From contig OZ360246.1 in assembly GCA_977017645.1 (NCBI GenBank), positions 9,610,001 to 9,674,000 on the forward strand: DNA of 64,000 bases, given 5' to 3'. The first letter of the stretch is position 1. Every line of letters starts with the position of its first letter. This DNA comes from Torpedo marmorata. Its lineage: Eukaryota. Below the pieces are notes generated by a model. It saw only the letters and a list, made by a program, of their open reading frames with translations, did not search any database and was not told the DNA's origin. The translations under genes and the position numbers were made by a program. This document shows, one piece after another, positions 24,867 through 35,900 of this stretch.

Positions 24867-25524
24867 GTAAGGGTTTTCCCTCGCTCTATTCTAACATTTC
24901 TTGTGTGTTGGATGTTTCTTATTCCATTGTTCTGGCCTGAAATGAGTGGATTGTTCATGCTTGCTTTGTTGTCTTCCAGACACTACTAATTTACACCATC
25001 TTTTACCTCTGATGTTTCATTGTGCTCTGTTAATAGTGCTGAAATGAATCATTTAAAACTGCATGGAACAATCCACTTCTCTTGCATGGGACTTGATCTT
25101 CCTTCTGCCTTCTAGGAAAATAACGATTTTGCTAATCCTTGAGCAATGTTCAACAGCACGTCTTTATTTGAGGGTTGTGTACTCAAACAGAATCTTTTGG
25201 ATCGTGAGATAATAAGAGGATATTGTTTTTTTGAAGAAAAGTAGTTAACACAAAACAAAACTACTCCTTTAAAAAAAAATATCGATTTCAATTCTACCGT
25301 AAAGTAATTCAGTTTTAGAATAGAACATGAATATTATCTAGGGCAAGATAATTAACTGCTTTACAAATAATTGTAAATATTGGTCTGATACGTATGAATT
25401 GTGGATTAAGAGATAGGATAGTTGGAATTTATTTGTACACAAATCTTCCATTTAATCCTTTTAAAGTTGATATTTTGACAGTGCTCTGTATCTGTAGTTG
25501 CTTTATAAAACAATGGCCTATGAG

Positions 25525-25737
25525 ATTTAAATTTAGACACGGTAACAGGGTCTTCCGGCCCAATTACACCCAATTGACCTATAACCCCGTTTTGAAGGGT
25601 GGGAGGAAAACTGAGCACGCGGAGGAAACCCATGTAGACACGGAGAACGCACAAACTCCTTACAGACAGTGCCGGATTCTAACCCTGGTCACTGGCGTAA
25701 CAGCATTGCACTAACCGCTAGGCTAACTGTGCCACCC
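25525..25737 (-). mobile_element. V-SINE (HE1-like)
   Basis: Reverse complement of the SINE at 15668. Confidence 0.83.
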
Positions 25738-28700
25738 TAGATTTTTGCAGTTGCTATTAACTGCAAAAATGGGAACAAATTGGGGATGTGATTAGATATC
25801 TGGCTTCTGGTATTTAGAAGCATTTAAACTCCAATCCTTGCTGATGGATGGAATTACTCTCCTGTATGCCCTGCCTTTGGGAAATTTTCATGGATCCACA
25901 GCAGAAATCTGTGCATTACAGTCTCTCCAGGAAAGGCCGAAGAACACGGTGCCTCCAGAGAGAATGCATGTCACTGAAAGTGCATGCCTCAAACGGAAAC
26001 TTTTCCTTGGTCCTAATGTTCCTCTTCCTCACAGCTATTTAACAAAACACAAAATATTTGAATTTCCCCTCGACTAAACAGGCTTGTAAAATGGTCTCTG
26101 GTTTGATCTGCCAACCCACACCAGCTGGCTTCCAGTACTGATTGTACGAGTTCCATACCTGGGCTGTGGTGAGCGCAGGGATGAAATTGGCCAGATGTCA
26201 GCTCCCTGATTACTATCCCTGACTGATTCAAATGTTTTGATTTGCCTGTTTGATAAATGTAGGAATCTGTCCCACCTTGCTTCAATGCTGTGCCAATATG
26301 AGACAGGAAATGTCCATTTGTATGAAACCAAAGGCCATCAAGCCAAATGCTGGGCAACATACTATCCCCTCTACATGTTTTTAAAATCTAGATGAAAGAC
26401 AGCACTATTGGTGATAATCCCTTCAGTTATTGATGCAAATTCAGACTTCAACCAACACAGTTAGAAAACCATAGATTTAATCATAGTGAACTGCAAAATG
26501 AGTAACTGTTTAAATAATTGGCCCGATGTCATATGCTTATCTAATGAAAAGTCATCACTGCCAAATCTATATGCTGCAAAATGCGTACATTTATAAATAT
26601 AAGTTTTGATTCATTGCTAGAGAGAGGGTTACTGGGAACGCGTTGTGAGAATTATTCTGCCTTTTGTTCCCTGCTTTCAACAGTACTGCAAAGGTCACTG
26701 GCATTTTCTAAACTGGACAAAAAAAATCAGTACATATTTTTCAAAGCATCTTGAGCACAGAGTTCATTCTGCTGTGCCCAATGGCCCTTGTAAAGCAAGT
26801 GGGGAAGGAGAGAGAACTGTAGTGTTCAGTTATGTTTTCAGTTAAAACTTTTGGTTCAGTGGTTCTTCCTATATATTAAAAAAACTATTTGAGGAAAATT
26901 AAGCATAAAATTAACTTTGATTTTAGTTGAAGTGTCAATGTTAAGTGAATAGCTCTGGCAAAGAGACACAGAACCACATAATATGAAGACAATAAATAAA
27001 AATGTTTAAACTTATGTGAATTTCTAAAGTCCCATATTATTGGCGCATTGCTATTCTTATTCTGCTTAGCTTTGCTACTGGGTTATATTGGTGAGAGTGT
27101 TCATATGTTGAAAAGAATTAAATGTTGCTGAACATTCTTTTCGTTAGTTTAATAAGATAGGCTAATGTGATTTCCTCAAATTCTAGTACTCATGTAAATG
27201 ATACAAGTTTCAATGGAGGGCACTTTGAATGCAGTTTCTGTGTGCTAACTGGATTAGCTTGCAAGCCTTAAAGATAATTCTGACTTCAAGGTTGAACAAC
27301 AAAATAGGTTCAATTGTTGTTCAGTTACAATATTTGATGAAGTTTAATTGATCAACTAATTTAGTTCTTTAGTAAGTGAAATTTTTTTAAAATGTAAGCA
27401 ATAATAACTTTTACAAAGTCTGCCAACATCTGAATTTTAAAATAAAACACTGAGGAACATCCAAATTTCGAATTTAAATGCTCTGACATTTTTTAATGTT
27501 TAAAATAGTGTCGACAAGCTTTTGAATATTCTAGTGATTTTTATCTTGCCCGTTTCACCTGAATGGGTTTTAGGAGAGCAGTGTACTGATGCCTGATGAC
27601 TTGTTTCAGTAAATTAATATTCTGGATGGTTTGAATTTATGATGTTAATTGTGAATTATTATGCCTAACATTCATAAATTGTTAGTGGTTTATATAGACT
27701 TGATCTTTTCCTTCCTACAATGTGAGAGCTGGTAGAATCTCATTCTTGCATCAACTCAAATCCTAAATAATTAAAATTAAACACACACAACCAATTTTGG
27801 AAAATCTCAGTTTTAGAATATTACTGGATTGAGGCATTACAAGTAATCTCCCAAAATTTCTGTCAAATTTCGGTCTGTGCAGTTTTCATGAAAATCAGTT
27901 ATTCACTCAGATAGTTACTGTTTTGAAATAGTGCCAATTGTTTCAAGGAGTGACGTAAAACAATGTTGGTCATTGGATCCCAAACCATTCTTTCTTATTC
28001 CCTTTGCCACAAGGATGAGAAGCTACTTAATAAACTTATCTTTTCTTTCTTTTAGTAACCAGACAAGTATTGGCTGCCCTGGTTAACTGCATCTGTATGT
28101 GCACCTGCATACTAACCCATGTTAACTACATGCATTTGACTTCCACACCACACTTTTGTATCTTGACATTAAAATGGAGATCGCAAAGAGACTATCACTT
28201 TTTTTGCATGTTTGAAGCATGTCTCGGGTGCAGCTTTAAAATTCAGAAAGGTGGGAAAATTTAATTTGTCTGAATAAATTGTTAAGGGAATTTTGTATAT
28301 CATGCAATTAAAAGGTGAAATTTAGTTTTTTGTTTTCCCTTTTATAACATTTTTTTGTCAAACCTAAACTTCTGCAGAATTGTGGTGCAAAATGTATTTA
28401 AAAAATCTCATTTGTTTCTGCAAATATTTGTACATGTCTAACACATGGTAAGGCCCACCCACAGTGCAACTGTAAAAAGTGCCTCAAAAGTGGCAGAGAT
28501 AGGTAACTCCGTACTGTGGCATTTCAAATGGGGATACTGCTCCAATAGTGCAGATTGCAGCACCTGGCTGAGTTAAAAAAATATTTGCAAAAACATTTTG
28601 CTGCATTGAGAATTCTGGACCATAATTCTGTGTTTGATTTTTGTGCCAAAAGCTTTCAGCATGTTCACCTAACTCCATCATAGTTTTCCCATTCCCTTCC

Positions 28701-28819
28701 CTCCCGCCCCCGCCCCATGTTTTCTTCATAACTTTAGTTCTTTTGTTTACATTCAATTTGAATTTTGGGTTTAATTTTAATTTTGGTTGTTTTGGGGCAT
28801 TTTGGTTTTTTTTTTAAAG

Positions 28820-30268
28820 GATGCAGACTCTGATAGTGGGGATGACTCAGACAAGAGATCTTGTGAAGAGAGTTGGCGATTGATAACCTCCCTGCGAGAA
28901 AAGCTGCCCCCCAGCAAGCTGCAAACCATTGTAAAAAAGTGTGGCCTGCCCAGCAGTGGGAAAAAACACGAACAGATCAAGGTTTACCAGATTCCCAAGA
29001 GACGTAAAATTACCAAAGATCCCAAATGGGTGACGTTCTCAGACCTTAAGATCCAGGCCGTGAAGGAGATTTGTTATGAGGTGGCTTTGAATGATTTCAG
29101 GCACTCTAGGCAGGAGATTGAGGCACTGGCGATTGTTAAAATGAAAGAGCTCTGTGCTGCCTATGGGAAGAAGGATCCCAATGAGAGAGAATCTTGGCGA
29201 GCTGTTGCAAGGGATGTGTGGGATACAGTGGGTGTTGGAGAGGAGCGAATTGAAGACATCGCTTCCACTGTGAAAACTCCCAGTGACGTGGACGTCCTCA
29301 AGTGCCATGTGGACAAATTGGAAAATATATTGCAAGAGGTGAAGAAGCAGAACAACACAAAGGAAGAAGAGATTAAGATTCTGCGAAACAAAATGTTGCA
29401 GATGGAGAAAGTTTTGCCACTGATGGATGCGCAAGACCAGCCTGGGAAATCCACCTCCCGGGAGAAATGCGGGGAGAATGAAGATACGAAGCACAAAAGC
29501 GAGCAGAGCATCGGTGATCCCAGAGACGAGGATCAACTGAGCAAGGAAGAACGCGTCTCAAAGCTAATGAACGAGGATCCGGAATTCCGGCGTGGCCGTT
29601 TGCGATGGATGCGGCTGGAGCAGATCCGATTTAAGAATCTTCAGCAGCAGGAGATCACGAAGCAGCTGAGGAGGCAGGGAGCGCCGCACAGGTTCATCCC
29701 ACCCGAAGACCGCAAGCTGCGGTTTCCCTTCAAAAGTAACCCCAGCCACAGAAACTCCTGGAGCCCCGGGACCCACATCATCATCACTGACAAGGAGGCC
29801 GTGGAGTTTGTGGTTGAAAAGGATTCGAAGGAAGGGAGTGACACCGAGGAAGTTGCGAGCGAAAAGAAAGAGCATGACCTGCCTCAGCCGTGGCGCCAGT
29901 ACGGGTCGGGCAGAGGGTACAACCAAGGCCAACGCAGCCAGCAGTACCAGAGGAATGAGCAACAAGCCCGCTGGCGCAGCAACTCGTTTAACAATGGACA
30001 GCACCGTGGCTTGCGTCGACATGCATCGAACTCGACCGAATCATTACCATCATCTGATTGCTGCCGAACAACAGAATCTTCCATGCACCTTCAGCGACGC
30101 ATCCATCAACAGCCTTGCCACTATAATGGCGGCTCCTCAGAAAATTGTTTCCACGCAGTTGAATACTTGAGAACTGACAGACCATACCACCACCATTTCA
30201 CTCCCCCTCCGCGAATGCGCCGACAATACTCGGAGCCAAATCTAAAATCACGGGAAACAACTGTGTAG
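28820..30268 (+). CDS. KIF1B: KIF1B-alpha-specific terminal coding exon
   Basis: T-tract + aaag|GAT; 482 codons DADSDSGDDSDKRSCEESWRLITSLREKLPPSKL...RMRRQYSEPNLKSRETTV*; C-terminal class I PDZ-binding motif ETTV typical of KIF1B-alpha. Confidence 0.96.
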   Translation, partial: DADSDSGDDSDKRSCEESWRLITSLREKLPPSKLQTIVKKCGLPSSGKKHEQIKVYQIPKRRKITKDPKWVTFSDLKIQAVKEICYEVALNDFRHSRQEIEALAIVKMKELCAAYGKKDPNERESWRAVARDVWDTVGVGEERIEDIASTVKTPSDVDVLKCHVDKLENILQEVKKQNNTKEEEIKILRNKMLQMEKVLPLMDAQDQPGKSTSREKCGENEDTKHKSEQSIGDPRDEDQLSKEERVSKLMNEDPEFRRGRLRWMRLEQIRFKNLQQQEITKQLRRQGAPHRFIPPEDRKLRFPFKSNPSHRNSWSPGTHIIITDKEAVEFVVEKDSKEGSDTEEVASEKKEHDLPQPWRQYGSGRGYNQGQRSQQYQRNEQQARWRSNSFNNGQHRGLRRHASNSTESLPSSDCCRTTESSMHLQRRIHQQPCHYNGGSSENCFHAVEYLRTDRPYHHHFTPPPRMRRQYSEPNLKSRETTV

Positions 30269-30884
30269 ATGATCACTGAAACATGCCCTCCACCCCCACC
30301 CACTCCCCAGACTCTCCCAAACCCCCCTGCAGTCCCACCCCAAACAACCACCTGCCAAGAGCTTCCAATGTGTTTTAGCTGCCAATGCGTCAGGCCATTG
30401 ATCTTCTGACATCATTTAGAATTCAAACAGTGCACTGAGCAAATCTTTGTTCATTACAAATTTTTGGAAAATGAAAATACAGTTCTGCCACATACCTGTT
30501 GATTTTTGGTCAGCCAGTCACGATGCACGATCACTCTTGCTGTTTTGAAAGCTGACAGTCTAATTAAGATGAACTAAAATTTGGCATTGGTTTTCGACAA
30601 TTGCCAATTGGTCCGTATGCCTACCTTTATCTTTATTTCAAAATCCCATTTTTCCTGTTTTATCTCATTTGAGAGCTGAGCAGAAGACTTCAATATCTTC
30701 TGTCAATTGTCAAAGTATTTGCCAAGCTGACAAAAAGTATAATCAAATTCTTGAATAAATGACACGTCTTAATTTTGCCTTTCTCTGTCTCCACTGAAAG
30801 CCTTTTTTGTCCAAGTTAAACTCCTTGTCAGGATGGTTTCACTGAGTCAGATTGCCTTTGAGATGTTTTTTTAATTAAAAAAAA

Positions 30885-31127
30885 AATTTAGACATCCAGC
30901 ACGGCAACAGGCCCTTTCAGCCCACGAGCCCGTGCCACCCAATTACACCCAATTGACCTACAACCCCCGGTACGTTTTGAACGGTGGAGGAAACCGGAGC
31001 CCCCGGGAAAAACCCACGCTGACATGGGGAACGTACAAACTCCTAACAGACAGCACGGGTTTCGAACCCCGGTCCCGATTGCTGCCGCTCTAACAGCGTT
31101 GCGCTAACCGCTACGCTAACCGTGCTG
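30885..31127 (-). mobile_element. V-SINE (HE1-like), in the putative alpha 3' UTR
   Basis: Reverse complement of the SINE at 15668. Confidence 0.86.
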
Positions 31128-31664
31128 TTTCTATAAGTCTGCCTCATAAACTCAAGTGTCCTATTATAGGTCCAAATTGAACTTCAATTTTGGAATTTAA
31201 ATCCAAATGTTGCTACTCTTGTGCTTTTTTTTTTAAATTGGGGGGGTAATCATTTTTTTGTGGGGCATCATTATTGACAGCTGCTGAATTTTTAGAGTTC
31301 ACATCGGTCCAATCAAAATGTATTCTTTGTATTTTGGGCCCATATAGTTATGCAAATTTATATACAATAGGTCAAAGTACATCATTGTTGAAGGAATATG
31401 ATAACTAGACTCCTTAAAAATACATTTATATACCTGAAATAAAAACTTTTAAAGATTTTTTTTTACCCCTTAGAGGAATATCTTTGTAAGCATCTAACAC
31501 AAACCATTTGCAATTTCAAAAATGCATCAAGAACTACAATATGGTTTCATAATTTTTCTTTGGTATGTAGTCTGGTTAGCAGGGGTATAGAATAAAATTC
31601 CAATAATCCAGCAACCCTGGGATTTGGATCATGGTGGTGAAACCGACTTTGCGGACGATTGGAT

Positions 31665-31802
31665 GGAGTTAAACAAGAAAGTCTGCAGATGTTGGGGTCG
31701 AGTGCAATACCCAAATGTGCTGGAGAAACCCAGCAGATCACGCATCGTCCATAGGAAGTAAAGGGTAACCAACGTTTTGGTCCTGAGCCCTTCGTCAGGT
31801 AT
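31665..31802 (-). mobile_element. Penelope-like terminus with hammerhead-like core
   Basis: Reverse complement reads CCTGACGAAGGGCTCAGGACCAAAACGTTGG (canonical CUGANGA core, G12 mutated). Confidence 0.72.
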
Positions 31803-31860
31803 ATAGGATCTTACTTCTCGTGACATCCACACAAGCATTTATTTCATTGTTTTTGCATGT

Positions 31861-33455
31861 TACATAGAACATGGAACTCCACAACACAGAACAGGCCCTT
31901 CAGCCCTCGATGTTGTGCCTACTTGTATATTCCTACCAAAAAAGAGCTAAGCCCTCAACCCTCTATTTTTCTTTCATCCATGTGCCTGTCTAAGAGTCTC
32001 TTAAATGCCCCTAATGTTTCAGCCTCCACCACCACCCCTGGCAAGGCATTCCAGGCACCCACAACTCTCTCCCTAAGGTCCCTCTGTTCTTCCACACTGT
32101 TAAGTATCCGACCATTAACCCTATATTCAGCCTTCAGGTTTGACCTTCCAAAATGCATCACCTCACACTTATCCGGATTGAATTCTTGTCTGTGACTTTT
32201 CCACCCAATTCTGCATCCTGTCTATATCCTTTTGTAACCCATCACAACGTTCAACACTATCCACAGCTCCTCTAACCTTCGTATCATCCACAAACTTACT
32301 GACCCATACTTCCACTACTTCATCTAGGCCACTTATAAAAATCGCAAAGAGCAGGGTTCCCAGAACAGATCCCTGTGAACTCCACTAGTCACTGACTCCC
32401 AGGGAGAATAATTCCCGTTGTAAGAGCCGTAGGCTCAATAACTTACCTTTGCCGCGGCGCTCCGATGCCTCGACGGGTTGTGGAGAAGTCGCGACGTTTG
32501 TGGGCCGTCCTCGGCCTGTTTGGTGCTCTGCGCATGCGCTGGAGTGCCGATGGGCGCATGCGCAGTCTGGAGTGACGTCGTTGTGCGCGGTGTAGTATGG
32601 GAAATGTAGTATGCGCGGTGGAGAGTGCGCAGTGGAATAGGAGCGATGGAGCATGCGCGAATCGTAAAGGGAATAGGATAAAGATGGCGACGTAGGAGGG
32701 TGAGTGAGATCGCCATATCTTTATTGACCGTTTCATACATCGTTTCATAGCGTTTCATAGATAGTTTCATTGAACTTTTAAATTAGTTATTTTGTATCCA
32801 CACAGCCAAGGTTCCATAGATCCCATGCCTCATGACTTTCTGAACATGGGGAACTTTGTCAAATGCCTTACTAAAATCCATATACACCACATCTACCACC
32901 CTATCTTCATCAATGTCTTTTGTTACCTCCTCAAAAAACTCGTATGAGGCTCATGAGGCACGGCCTTCCCCTCACAAAGCCATGCTGACTATCCCTGAGT
33001 AGACTGTACTTCTCCAAATGCTCATAAATCCTATCCTTAAGAATCCTCTCCAATAGTTTGCACACCATTGATGCAAGACTCACCGGTCTATAATTCCCAG
33101 GATTCTCCCTATTACCTTTTTAAACAAGGACACCGCATTTGTCATTCTCCAATCCTCCAGCCCATCCTCTGTGGCCGAGGAGGATGCAAAGAACATCGCC
33201 AATGTCCCAGCCATCTCTTTTTCCCTTCCCACAGCAACCTGGGGTATATCTCGTCCGGCCCCAGCACTTCCTCTTTCCAAATCTCAACATAGTCCAGCAC
33301 AAAAGCTTGTTCTATTCTGACTTCACCTTGATCAAGGTCCTTTTCTCTGGTGAATACTGAAGCAAAGTATTCATTTAGGACCTCCTCAACCTCCTCCACC
33401 TCCAGGCACATGTTGCCTCCTTTATCCTTAAGCGGCCCTACCTTCACCTCGTCAT
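31861..33455 (-). mobile_element. CR1-type LINE, deleted and interrupted at about 32406-32790
   Basis: Minus-strand peptides HFGRSNLKAEYRVNG...VVGAWNALPGVVVEAETLGAFKRLLDRHMD and VGPLKDKGGNMCLE...VLNEYFASVFT. Confidence 0.87.
32406..32790. promoter_or_regulatory. CpG-rich insertion with clustered promoter-like motifs
   Basis: GCGCATGCGC twice, TGACGTC, TGGGAAATGTAGT and AAGATGGCG; interrupts the CR1 fragment. Confidence 0.5.
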
Positions 33456-33826
33456 CTTTCTGTTCACGTAGTAGAAGAATAAATTTTCCAGTGAACCCGA
33501 TGAGCTTCAAGGGAATGGGAAGTGGAAAAGTGCTACAGACCCCAGCCACAAAACTCTCCGTATTCCTGATCCCTGTCCATGCTGCGCACCCTGTTTGCAC
33601 TCTGGAGTCCTGGCGCATATTGCGGACGAACAAGTGAGCCAGATGCTGAAGCATCTAGATTTCCAAACAATTGGATGCCATATTATTGGAATCTTACTCT
33701 ATTGCTTTTCAGAATTTAGTTTTGTCCACCTTTATTCATAAAGATTAAATGATTTTTGAGTTTGACAACATAGTTCAAGATAGCATTTAAAGACCTTGCA
33801 ATTTTTTTTGTCTGTGACTCTGTGAA

Positions 33827-35900
33827 GACCTTCAAAGGTGAAATTTTGAGAGTACAGAGTTTGTATGTACCTGTCAGGATCAAAGGCAAGGTTAGAAGGT
33901 ATAGGGAACCTTGGTTTTTGAGGGATATTGGGGATCTGGTTTGGAAGAAGAGAGAGGTATAACAGGTATAGGCAACATGAAGCAAATGAGGTACTTGAGG
34001 AGTATAGAAAATGCAAGAAAAACCTCAAGAAAAAAATCAGGAAGGCTAAAGGAAGACATGAGGTTGCTTTGGCAGACAATGTGAAGGTAAATCCTAAGGG
34101 TTTCTACAGGTATATTAAGAGCAAAAGGATAGTAAGGGACAAAATTGGTCCCTTTGAAGATCAGAGTGGTCGGCTTTGTATGGAGCCAAAAGAGATGGGG
34201 GAGATCTGAAATGGTTTTTTTCCATCAGTATTCACTCAGGAAACAGACACAGTTGTGGGAAGAAAGGAAAACAAGCAGTGAAGTCATGGAACCTATACAG
34301 ATTAAAGAGGAGGAAGTGCTTGTTGTCTTAAAGCAAATAAGGGTGGATAAATCCACAGGGTCTGACAAGATATTCCCTCGGACATTGAGGGAGGCTAGTG
34401 CAGAAATTGCAGGGGCTCTGGCAGAAATATTTAAAATGTCCTTAGCCATGGGTATGGTGCCAGAGGATTGGAGGGTAGCTCACGTTGTCCATTGTTTAAA
34501 AAAGGCTTCAAAAATAACCCTAGAAATTATAGGCTGGTGAGCCTGACGTCAGTAGTAGGTAAGTTATTGGAAGGTGTTGTAAGAGATCGGATGTACAATT
34601 ATTTGGATAGTTAGGGACTGATTAGGGATAATCAACATGGCTTTGTGCGTGATAGATCATGTTTAACCAATCTTATAGAGTTTTTAGAGGAGGTTACCAG
34701 GAACATTGACGAAGGAAAGGCTGTGGATGTTGTCTACATGGACTTTAGTAAGGCCTTTGACAAGGTCCCGCATGGGAAGTTAGTCAGGAAGGTTCAGACG
34801 CTAGGTATTCATGGTGAAGTAGTGAACTGGATTCGACAATGGCTGGACGGGAGAAGCCAAAGAGTAGTGGTGGAAGATTGCTTCTCAGATTGGAGGCCTG
34901 TGACTAGTGGTGTGCCTCAGGGATCGGTTCTGGGACCATTGTTGTTTGTCATCTATATCAATGATCTGGATGATAATATGGTAAATTGGATTAGCAAGTT
35001 TGCAGATGACACTAAGATTGTAGGTGTTGTGGACAGCAAAGAAGGTTTTCAAAGCTTGCAGAGGGATCTGGACCAGCTGGTAAAATGGGCTGAAAAATGG
35101 CAGATGGAGTTTAATGCAGACAAGTGTGAGGTGTTGCATTTTGGAAGGACAAAACAAGAAAGGACATACATGGTAAATGGTAGGGCACTGAGGAGTGCGG
35201 TAGAACAGGGGGATCTGGGAATACAGTTACATAATTCCCTGAAAGTGGCGTCACAGGTGGATAGGATTGTAAAGAGAGGTTTTGGCATATTGGCCTTCAT
35301 AAATCAAGTATTGAGTAAGGAGTTGGGAAGTTATGTTAAAGTTGTATAAGACATTGGTGAGGCCAAATTTGGAGTATTGTGTGCAGTTTTGGTCACCTAA
35401 CTCCAGGAAGGATAGCAATAAGATAGAGAGAGTGCAGAGAAGATTTACTAGGATGTTGCCTGTACTTCAGGAATTGAGTTACAGGGAAAGGTTAAACAGG
35501 TTAGGACTTTATTCCCTGGAGCGTAGAAGAATGAGGGGAGATTTGATAGAGGTATTTAAAATTATGAGGGGGATAGACAGAGTAAATGTAGATAGACTTT
35601 TTCCACTGAGGGTAGGTGAGATACAAACCAGATGACGTGGGTTAAGGGTGAAAGGGGAACATGAGGGGGAACCTCTTCACACAGAGAGTGGTGGGAGTGT
35701 GGAACGAGCTTCCAGCTGAAGTGGTAAATGCGGGCTCAATTTTAACATTTAAGAAGAATTTGGACAGGTACATGGATGGGAGAGGTATGGAGGGCTATGG
35801 ACTGGGTGCAGGTCAGTGGGACTAAGAGAAAAAAATGTTTTGGCACAGACTAGAGGGGACGAGGTGGCCTGTTTCTGTGCTGTAATGTTCTATGGTTCTA
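33827..35900 (+). mobile_element. CR1-type LINE, about 2 kb, 5'-truncated, frameshifted
   Basis: NPKGFYRYIKSKR, VPEDWRVA, SCLTNLIEF, MDFSKAFDKVPH, GVPQGSVLGPLLF, KFADDTK and [17 protein letters not shown]; 3' tail GTTCTATGGTTCTA. Confidence 0.95.

Noticed and set aside
25931-26077. Possible extra terminal exon (ERPKNTVPP...FPLD*) in phase with exon 24794-24866
   Set aside because: Short pyrimidine tract with an AG just upstream, no similarity to kinesin tails, and no clear polyA signal; compatible with chance.
28056-28086. Acceptor-like site ttttctttcttttag
   Set aside because: Immediately followed by in-frame TAA, and no convincing in-frame donor.
29039-30351. Antisense and alternative-frame ORFs over the alpha exon
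   Set aside because: Expected shadow ORFs of a long coding exon; no independent support.
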